Part shown: positions 57,265 to 64,000 of the stretch, piece by piece
How positions within the stretch are numbered: the first letter of the stretch is position 1
How the letters are laid out: each line of letters begins with the position of its first letter
Source of the DNA: Thermoplasmatota archaeon
GTDB lineage: Archaea; Thermoplasmatota; Penumbrarchaeia; Penumbrarchaeales; Penumbrarchaeaceae
Reading direction: 5' to 3'
DNA: 64,000 bases
Assembly: GCA_049472215.1 (NCBI GenBank)
Contig: JBLIRH010000006.1
Span: forward strand, 1,068-65,067
Translations under genes and position numbers: made by a program
Notes under the pieces: generated by a model
The model's input: only the letters and a program-made list of their open reading frames with translations
Told to the model about the DNA's origin: nothing
Database searches by the model: none

Positions 57265-58800
57265 CTATGTGCCTTCATTGAATACCATTCGTCCCCCGAT
57301 CAATGTTGCTGAAACAGATGCCAGGTCCTTGTTCAATACAGCGATGTCCGGGCTGGACCCTACCTTGAAATTAAAGCCATATTCATCTTCAAGGAAAGAT
57401 AGTCGGGCCGCACCCACTGTGAATCCTTCCACCATCTCCGAAAGGAGCAATCTTTGTGAAGGGTAGGGGTGCTCCATGCCACCTTTGAAAGCGTACAACG
57501 GAGAGGGGGGCATCATGTCGGTTCCGAAACACCATGGCACTTTCGATCCAACGATCGACCTCAATCTGTTCAGACCTTCGGAGCTTCCGAGAGCCTTCTC
57601 ATAAAGACCACCCTTCCGACCCCAGATATGCTGAAAGTTCGGTTGGAGACATAAACCCCCTTTCCCATTATTCATGGCCGCGAGATGCTCGTCGGTCATT
57701 GCTTCTGCATGTTCGAGCCTGTAAGGTCCTCCGATACCCTCTAACACTCTTATGGCCTGGGATATGGCAGCTTCGCCGATACAATGGACCATCGGGACCA
57801 GGCCTTCCCCGTAGGACCTCATGACCATTTCCTTCAATTCCTCGTCGCTATGGAGGAGCGGGAACTTCGGAGCATCAAGATAATCTCTATCGAAGCTTGC
57901 CGTCCTGGCACCGATGGACCCGTCGAGGAAGAACTTCTCGAAGCTCAATCCAAGCCGGTACTCAGGCTTTCCAATCTCGGAAATGAAAGGACTGTCATTT
58001 TCGGGTCCATTCTCGTATGGAGGTCCCATCGACACGTCCCTTATCATTGATATCGCTGACCTGAAAATTATCTCCGAGGTATCTTGAATATCCATCAACC
58101 GCCCATATTGAGACAAAGGAATGATATCGACCCCACCAACAACTCCATTACCGTATAGCTCTTCTGCGGCTTTTCGGTAGAGATCGATCGAAACACTTTC
58201 TTGAATAGGAAGATGCCAGGGTATATCCATTGCATGGTCCTCGATCAACAGACCGTTAATGTGACCATCCTCTGAGATGCCGAGAACCTCAAGCCCCAAG
58301 GTATTGGCGATCGCTTTGTGACCGCAGATCCTTCTGGCGATCACCGGGATATCAGGGAATCTGTCTTCCAAATGCCTGTTGTTATCCACAATTCCGCTCT
58401 GGAAGGGAGAATCATCGAAATCGACCCCCATCACTATCCCGGTCATCTGGAACATTCTGTTCTCAAGACGACCGTCCACCACACTTTCGATCAAGGCAAC
58501 GATCTCTTTCAACGACCGGCAGTGAGAAAGATCGAGACCTGACCGGGAGATCGACCATTGAAAAAGATGCATATGGCCATCGATGAAGCCGGGTGAAACA
58601 TATCCTCCTTTTATGTCGAAGACCTCTGTACCTTTTCCATGCTGGGCCTTGGAAGTGGCGCCGAAAGTTATCTCCTCGATAATTCCATCGGAAAGGATCA
58701 GCTCTCCTTTCCTGAACCTCATCCCGACACTGTCCCATATTTGACCGTTCTTGAAATGAATGTCCTCACCTTTGGAGCTCCGGTCATAGGAAGAACCCAT
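57265..58800 (-). CDS. Metal-dependent amidohydrolase (Amidohydro_3/YtcJ-like)
   Basis: GGYVSPGFIDGHMHL (HxH metal site), a later VHCIGE, and a C-terminal ...DIAVLNKDL..., typical of the family. Confidence 0.8.
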   Translation of the reverse strand: MGSSYDRSSKGEDIHFKNGQIWDSVGMRFRKGELILSDGIIEEITFGATSKAQHGKGTEVFDIKGGYVSPGFIDGHMHLFQWSISRSGLDLSHCRSLKEIVALIESVVDGRLENRMFQMTGIVMGVDFDDSPFQSGIVDNNRHLEDRFPDIPVIARRICGHKAIANTLGLEVLGISEDGHINGLLIEDHAMDIPWHLPIQESVSIDLYRKAAEELYGNGVVGGVDIIPLSQYGRLMDIQDTSEIIFRSAISMIRDVSMGPPYENGPENDSPFISEIGKPEYRLGLSFEKFFLDGSIGARTASFDRDYLDAPKFPLLHSDEELKEMVMRSYGEGLVPMVHCIGEAAISQAIRVLEGIGGPYRLEHAEAMTDEHLAAMNNGKGGLCLQPNFQHIWGRKGGLYEKALGSSEGLNRLRSIVGSKVPWCFGTDMMPPSPLYAFKGGMEHPYPSQRLLLSEMVEGFTVGAARLSFLEDEYGFNFKVGSSPDIAVLNKDLASVSATLIGGRMVFNEGT

Positions 58801-58883
58801 CGATGGTTGATAGGGTTCCGATTATTTACCTTTGAGCGGGGGTAATCTATTTCTATGGATCCCTGCATGGTCTGCGGAGGTCA

Positions 58884-60128
58884 TTGGTTTTGAACATCGG
58901 ATCGCGGTTTGATGTTGCCGTCATAGGCGGAGGACCAATTGGCAGCTACTCCGCATTGAGACTATCCAAGGCAGGGTTCTCGGTTGCCATCATTGAAGAG
59001 CACCCGGAGGTGGGACACCCCGAGCAGTGTGCAGGTTTGGTAAACAGGACGATGTTCGATCTACCCTATCTCGATCAGGCCCTGAACAAGGTGAGGCTGC
59101 ACGATATCACAGGTGCAAATATCTACTCGCCCTCGGGAAAGAACCTCGCTTTGAGAGCCGGGAAGGTGAAAGCAGTATCGATCGACAGGTCCGGATTTGA
59201 CAAGCTGCTTTTTAAAAAAGCAGTTTCCAGTGGCGCTGAACCATTCCTATCGACGAAGGCTATAAAAATGGAGAGGACACCGGACGAGGATCACATCATC
59301 AAGACCAAGGGAATGTTTGGAACGGGTGCCTTGAAAGCAAATTTCGTTCTTGGATGCGATGGGGTTTCCTCCATGGTCAGGAAGAGCCTTGGTCTGGAGA
59401 AGCCTCAGGACGTCATTCCTGGAGTCTCGATCCGGATAGAGACCGATGACGGCATCGTGCCCCAGGATATTGTAGGTGTCTTCACCGGCAAAGATACTGC
59501 GAAAGGTTTCTTCGCATGGTCGGTACCTTCTGGGACCACTACCTCGATGAGGATCGGACTTGCTGCCGTCGACGGTGGGTCCCTTAGGTCAGGATGGAGC
59601 AACCTGATGAAGGATCCAAGGCTTGGAGAATGGCTCGGTATGGAAAATGGAATGATGCCGAACCTCAGCAGGCTCTCTTTCAACATAGGCCCCGTTCCTA
59701 TGGGGTCCCCCAGGACAATTATCTCAGGAAAAGCGATCATCCTGGGTGATTCTGCAGGGATGGCAAAACCGACATCGGGCGGAGGCATCTACCCGGGTCT
59801 TATGGCGGTTGATGAACTGGCAATGTCTGTGGAAAAGGTGGGGGAGCTATCTCTGACTGCTCTTGAGGAATTCCGTGGATCCTGGCTTAACGGATACGGT
59901 AAAGAGCTCTCGCGTTCAAGATTCTTCAGGAAATTGATCCGCCAGGTGGAGGACAGGGAGGTGGAGGAGGTTGTTGAAAGATTCTCCGATCCCGAGCTAC
60001 TTGATATAATCAACAGGGACGGTGATATCGACCACCCGTTGAGGCTGGCACTTCTTCTAATAAGGAAGGACCCGACCCTCCTCAAGATGATCCCCAGATT
60101 CCTCCCCCATATGAGGAACCTGGTCTGA
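58884..60128 (+). CDS. FAD-dependent geranylgeranyl reductase family protein (archaeal lipid saturation)
   Basis: TTG start. DVAVIGGGPIGSYSALRLSKAGFSVAIIEE is the dinucleotide-binding fold, and GCDGVSSMVR and GDSAG motifs are present. Confidence 0.8.
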   Translation: MVLNIGSRFDVAVIGGGPIGSYSALRLSKAGFSVAIIEEHPEVGHPEQCAGLVNRTMFDLPYLDQALNKVRLHDITGANIYSPSGKNLALRAGKVKAVSIDRSGFDKLLFKKAVSSGAEPFLSTKAIKMERTPDEDHIIKTKGMFGTGALKANFVLGCDGVSSMVRKSLGLEKPQDVIPGVSIRIETDDGIVPQDIVGVFTGKDTAKGFFAWSVPSGTTTSMRIGLAAVDGGSLRSGWSNLMKDPRLGEWLGMENGMMPNLSRLSFNIGPVPMGSPRTIISGKAIILGDSAGMAKPTSGGGIYPGLMAVDELAMSVEKVGELSLTALEEFRGSWLNGYGKELSRSRFFRKLIRQVEDREVEEVVERFSDPELLDIINRDGDIDHPLRLALLLIRKDPTLLKMIPRFLPHMRNLV

Positions 60129-60135
60129 GGAAATT

Positions 60136-62118
60136 TCACAAGGTCTTAACCTGAGCTTTGTAAAGGTCCATGATCTCCTTTACAGTCGTTGCGTCGGTAG
60201 GTGCCTTGTCCTCCCTGAACCGACCGGTGAACCTCGGGAAACGAAGCGCCAGGCCCGCATTCTCTTTCAAACTTCCCCATGCACATGTATGGATCGGAGA
60301 GAATGTTATTTCTGCTCCCTTGACCTCCAGTACGACGTATGGTGAGATGTAAACATCGGCGGGCATCTTGCTGTCGACCTTCTTATGAGGCGCCCCCCCG
60401 GTCCTTATATCCGAAATGAGACCTGGTAAAATTTCAAGATGCTGGTCGTTAAAACCGCTGCCTAGCTTGCATACGGTCCTGTACATGTCCGAATCCTCAT
60501 CATATGCAGCCATCAACAGGGCTCCGAATGTTCCGCCCCTCCTCCCGGTCCCGTGATAGGCTCCGACCACGACCAGGTCGAGCGTATCTTCCAGTTCCGA
60601 GCGGTAATCCTTCTTGTATTTTATCCACAACCATCCCCGGCTCCCAGCCTGATACACTGACCTCTCGGATGTCGACTTCGCCATAACACCTTCACAACCA
60701 TCGTCAAGAGCGTTGTTGAAGAAATCTTCCCCTTCCCCATGTTCGGAAACGATCTCCATACGGGAAAGAGATATACCGACACTCCCTTCGATCTTCTCCG
60801 AGACTCCGGGCAAAGCCCTTGAGATTGCTGCCCTCCTTTCCATATACGGTCGATCGATAAGGGTCTTACCATCGAGATAGAGGCAATCGAAAAGAACGAG
60901 GACCACCGGTATCTCGTCGATCTTGCTATCCAGCTCGTACTTTCGTCCCCTTCTCTGGGATATGACCTGGAAGGGAAGCATCTCACCATTTTTCGGATCT
61001 ACGGGAACACACTCACCTTCGAGAATGGAATTTTGACCTCTGAACCCTTTTCTCAATGACCCTACCACATCTGGGAATTGTTCCGTAATATCCTCAAGCT
61101 GTCTAGAGAAGAGGTGTATCGAATCACCGGAATCGTCAAGATGGGCTTGTACTCGCAGTCCATCATACTTGTATTCGAGGGCTGCTGTTCCACCCATTTT
61201 CTCAATTATATCCGAGATCGATGGTAGCCTCTCGCCAAGCATCGCTCTCAAAGGTATCCCCGGGACCACACCGATCTCCCGTATGGAACCCATGCCCCCT
61301 CTGGCAAGGGTGACAGCGATATGACCGAGATCGGGATGGATGTTGTAAGCCTTCACTATCTCCTCCCTGTTCTTCTGCACAAGGTTCTTGACCATTGAAA
61401 CCTGTTCAAGGAGTTCGGTTATTCGGTCCTTTTCCATCCCGGCCTCTTTTAATCTCACCTTTGATTCCAGCATTTCTGCAAGCGGTTTTGCCAGGTGCTT
61501 GCCGATCCCTTCGATCAGGGCATCCATCCCTGGGATCCCGGCCTCGATGAGAGATCGATGCAATTCGTCGATCTCTTCGGTGTGCAGATATGCAAAAGCG
61601 TCTATCTGGGTCATATCGGCAATACCCAGGCGCATTTTCTGACAGAGGGTCCTTGTCAGATATTTTGCTTCGAGGGGGGAGGAATCATGGAGGAGTTCGG
61701 CTATGAGTTTGAGTTTCAGGTCCTGTGAGGAACGTCCTTCTACCGATGCGATCCTCGTCAAACTTGAGAAAACGCGGTCCACCGTCAAGGGTTCATGGAA
61801 GAGTGCAGCCTGCCTCTTTCTGCCAATAAGGATCTCGGCGGCACTGCCGATGTCCCCGGTCCTGATCCTCTCTTCTTCGATCTCTTCGGCGGAGATCATC
61901 GTGACAAGGTAGATGGCCTTTACTGCCAGTTTTTCTGCCACCCCAAGCTCGACTCCCTCGTATCCCGGGCGGATCTCACCCTTTGTCAACCTGACCACTG
62001 TCTCTATATTTTCCGGCGGGGTCGATATGTATAGCTCAATCAGCTGGTCGGTCATTTCCAACCTTCCGCTCAGGTTTTCGATCCTGTCGAAGAAGGAGCA
62101 AAGGTCGGAATAGAGCAT
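60136..62118 (-). CDS. lig: ATP-dependent DNA ligase
   Basis: Adenylation motif I EYKYDGLRVQAH (KxDG), FDCLYLDG, EGVMAK, WLWIKYKKDY (motif V) and an OB-fold C-terminus. At 660 aa it is somewhat longer than typical archaeal ligases. Confidence 0.9.
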   Translation of the reverse strand: MLYSDLCSFFDRIENLSGRLEMTDQLIELYISTPPENIETVVRLTKGEIRPGYEGVELGVAEKLAVKAIYLVTMISAEEIEEERIRTGDIGSAAEILIGRKRQAALFHEPLTVDRVFSSLTRIASVEGRSSQDLKLKLIAELLHDSSPLEAKYLTRTLCQKMRLGIADMTQIDAFAYLHTEEIDELHRSLIEAGIPGMDALIEGIGKHLAKPLAEMLESKVRLKEAGMEKDRITELLEQVSMVKNLVQKNREEIVKAYNIHPDLGHIAVTLARGGMGSIREIGVVPGIPLRAMLGERLPSISDIIEKMGGTAALEYKYDGLRVQAHLDDSGDSIHLFSRQLEDITEQFPDVVGSLRKGFRGQNSILEGECVPVDPKNGEMLPFQVISQRRGRKYELDSKIDEIPVVLVLFDCLYLDGKTLIDRPYMERRAAISRALPGVSEKIEGSVGISLSRMEIVSEHGEGEDFFNNALDDGCEGVMAKSTSERSVYQAGSRGWLWIKYKKDYRSELEDTLDLVVVGAYHGTGRRGGTFGALLMAAYDEDSDMYRTVCKLGSGFNDQHLEILPGLISDIRTGGAPHKKVDSKMPADVYISPYVVLEVKGAEITFSPIHTCAWGSLKENAGLALRFPRFTGRFREDKAPTDATTVKEIMDLYKAQVKTL

Positions 62119-62245
62119 GCACGGTACAACTGAAAGGTGGGATTAAACCGTTTGTGTCATAAAGCAGAATAGGAGACGATCGTTACGGGTTTACTGTCGA
62201 GTACACCAGTATCCCTGAGCTATTCTGGATGACCATGGAAACGAA

Positions 62246-62254
62246 TTTATATTA
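62246..62254 (+). promoter_or_regulatory. Candidate TATA box for tRNA-Asp
   Basis: tttatatta ends 30 nt upstream of the tRNA 5' end (62284). Confidence 0.45.
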
Positions 62255-62283
62255 CATCCTGATTAACCGCCTTGCCCACATAC

Positions 62284-62359
62284 GCCCCGATAGTGTAGCG
62301 GTCCATCATCTCGGCCTGTCGAGCCGAGGACACGGATTCAAATTCCGTTCGGGGCGCCA
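62284..62359 (+). tRNA. tRNA-Asp (anticodon GUC), CCA encoded
   Basis: Manual cloverleaf: acceptor GCCCCGA/TCGGGGC, anticodon stem TCGGC/GCCGA with loop CTGTCGA (anticodon GTC), T-arm ACGGA-TTCAAAT-TCCGT, discriminator G, CCA at 62357-62359, then a T6 tract. Confidence 0.9.
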
Positions 62360-62407
62360 ACCTTTTTTCTTATTGTTTCAATAATGGGAGATAATATTAT
62401 CACGGTC

Positions 62408-62419
62408 GGTTGGCGCCCC
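62408..62419 (-). repeat. Inverted 12-nt copy of the tRNA-Asp acceptor 3' end plus flank
   Basis: ggttggcgcccc is the exact reverse complement of ggggcgccaacc (62351-62362). Confidence 0.8.
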
Positions 62420-62579
62420 TGTCCCGCATCGTACTTTTCGCGTCATATTTCTTCTGGCCGCAGGAACCGATGCTTCAGAATAATGAGATACGATGAAAAC
62501 TGATTGGGAAAATGTTCCTTTGAGTTTTCATCTGACCTTTGAAAAAGAAATAGCGTCGTTGAATGCACTTTTTCAAAGG

Positions 62580-62596
62580 TTCCGTTCGGGGCGCCA
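62580..62596 (+). repeat. Exact 17-nt direct duplicate of the tRNA-Asp 3' end (att-like)
   Basis: ttccgttcggggcgcca is identical to 62343-62359. It is directly preceded by a perfect 13-bp hairpin (62535-62547 / 62568-62580). Confidence 0.85.
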
Positions 62597-62702
62597 TATT
62601 ATATTCCAATTATCGAGGCATATGAAAATTCGAGTTGGATAACGAAATCACGATCTCAAGGTCCATAGTGTTTTTAAATATCTGTTCTGATTTCCCAATC
62701 AA

Positions 62703-63917
62703 GTGAAAGTCATGGGGGATAAAAGGGTTCTAAAGGGAAACAGGGTGCCTTTTTCGAGACTGGTCATCGAATCGGCCATGGAGATAGGCCTCTATCCCTA
62801 TTTCATCCCGGTAACCGGCGAACAAGGGCACAGAGTGGAGATCAATGGAAAGGACACAGTGATGCTGGGGTCCAATAACTATCTTGGACTCACCGAGCAT
62901 CCTGAGGTTAAAAAAGCAGCGAAAGAAGCCATCGATAGGTATGGAGTGGGCTGTACCGGGTCCAGATATCTCAATGGAACCCTGGATATTCATCTCGAGA
63001 TGGAGACACTTCTTGCCGAGTTCATGGGAGCAGAGGCGGCCCTTATGTTCTCAACTGGATACCAGACGAACCTCGGAACGATCTTCGCATTGGCCGGGAA
63101 GGACGATATCATCGTGTCCGACCAGTACAACCACGCTTCCATAGTCGACGGTTCCAGAATGTCAAGGGCTAAGGTGATGGTATACGACCATAACGATGTC
63201 GAGTCCCTGCAAAGCATAGTGGCACAGATCCCGGGGGAACTCGGGATCCTCGAGATAACAGACGGTGTGTTCTCCATGGAGGGGGACATCGCAAAACTCC
63301 CCGAGATACACAAGGTCTGCAGGGAAAATGATGTGATGATCATGGTGGACGACGCCCACGGCATCGGGGTCGTTGGACCCAAAGGAACAGGAACGGCGGC
63401 TCATTTCGGATTGGATGTGGATATAACCATGGGGACGTTCTCCAAATCAATGGCGTCCATGGGAGGCTTCATCGTAGGGAACGAGGATATCATATTCGAG
63501 ATAAAACATGCGGCGAGATCCCTGATGTTCTCGGCTGCCCCTCCACCATCGAACGTCGCCACAGCGATGAAGGCATTGGAGATCATGAGGGATGAGCCGG
63601 AGCACAAGGAGAACCTCTGGAGGAACGCGAACTATCTCAAGGAGGGACTTCATAAACTGGGATTGGATACAGGCGCCAGCGAGACCCCTATCGTACCAGT
63701 GATCATTGGTGAAGAGCCCCCCACCATGGCCTATTGGAAGCTCCTTCTTGACCGGGGTGTCTATACAAATCCGGTGATCTACCCCGCCACACCGAAGGAC
63801 AGGAACCTTCTGAGGAATTCTGTGATGGCAACCCATACCATTGATGACCTGAACTTCGCTCTAGACATGTATGAAGAGGTCATGGAGGAGATACCTCTGG
63901 ATGATGTCGATGATTAG
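62703..63917 (+). CDS. PLP-dependent alpha-oxoamine synthase (2-amino-3-ketobutyrate CoA ligase / 8-amino-7-oxononanoate synthase family)
   Basis: DDAHGIGVVGPKGTG and GTFSKSMASMGGF (PLP lysine). The length and pattern are typical of Kbl/BioF. GTG at 62703 or ATG at 62712 could be the start. Confidence 0.85.
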   Translation: MKVMGDKRVLKGNRVPFSRLVIESAMEIGLYPYFIPVTGEQGHRVEINGKDTVMLGSNNYLGLTEHPEVKKAAKEAIDRYGVGCTGSRYLNGTLDIHLEMETLLAEFMGAEAALMFSTGYQTNLGTIFALAGKDDIIVSDQYNHASIVDGSRMSRAKVMVYDHNDVESLQSIVAQIPGELGILEITDGVFSMEGDIAKLPEIHKVCRENDVMIMVDDAHGIGVVGPKGTGTAAHFGLDVDITMGTFSKSMASMGGFIVGNEDIIFEIKHAARSLMFSAAPPPSNVATAMKALEIMRDEPEHKENLWRNANYLKEGLHKLGLDTGASETPIVPVIIGEEPPTMAYWKLLLDRGVYTNPVIYPATPKDRNLLRNSVMATHTIDDLNFALDMYEEVMEEIPLDDVDD

Positions 63918-64000
63918 TTTAGTGTACTAGAAACAGTTTTATCGGCGTTCCTATTCTACCGTTTGCCGGTAGATCAGTACATTTCTCGCGGGGGTACTCG

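Overview
The window is a 64-kb archaeal chromosomal segment with about 50% GC by eye. Archaeal hallmark genes are MCM helicase, FEN1 with a C-terminal PIP box, ATP-dependent DNA ligase, NAC, DGGGP synthase (UbiA family), geranylgeranyl reductase and a RaSEA-type radical SAM. Shine-Dalgarno sites and 4-nt ATGA gene overlaps are common. The lineage is probably an uncultivated Thermoplasmatota-like euryarchaeon, but this cannot be verified here. I support about 50 CDS and two tRNA genes (Val-CAC, Asp-GUC). I found no rRNA, CRISPR array, transposase or integrase. Main blocks in order: (1) a membrane-stress module at 0.5-4.1 kb, with HtpX carrying a canonical EF-hand, a zinc-ribbon protein, and a YdjI-like SPFH protein with three zinc ribbons plus a helical partner. 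(2) A roughly 17-kb cell-envelope glycan island at 5.5-22 kb. It holds a GT-C-like membrane protein, a PKD surface protein, 3 GT2, 2 GT8 and 3 GT4 paralogs, a Wzm/Wzt ABC exporter, a radical SAM/SPASM enzyme and an SDR epimerase. (3) A single-polypeptide pyruvate:ferredoxin oxidoreductase, an acylphosphatase, and a POT transporter with an extra C-terminal domain. (4) An amino-sugar gene pair and two giant surface proteins flanking the DGGGP synthase. (5) fen, an AroD/AroE-like fusion, and NAC. (6) A grpE-dnaK-dnaJ operon extended by TraB and a membrane protein, in which DnaK carries two C-terminal zinc ribbons. (7) An mcm-DUF424-RaSEA operon. (8) A membrane-tethered protein with a CARDB ectodomain and two wHTH domains. 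(9) Amidohydrolase, GGR, ligase and an alpha-oxoamine synthase. The most unusual non-coding signal is that both tRNA genes have exact 17-20-nt copies of their own 3' ends about 235 nt downstream, with long perfect hairpins nearby. These look like att-type scars without any integrase. There is also a 620-bp hairpin-dense stretch (56.6-57.3 kb) holding only two short, mutually overlapping ORFs that I rate unconvincing. All family assignments come from motif recognition by eye, and no database search was possible.
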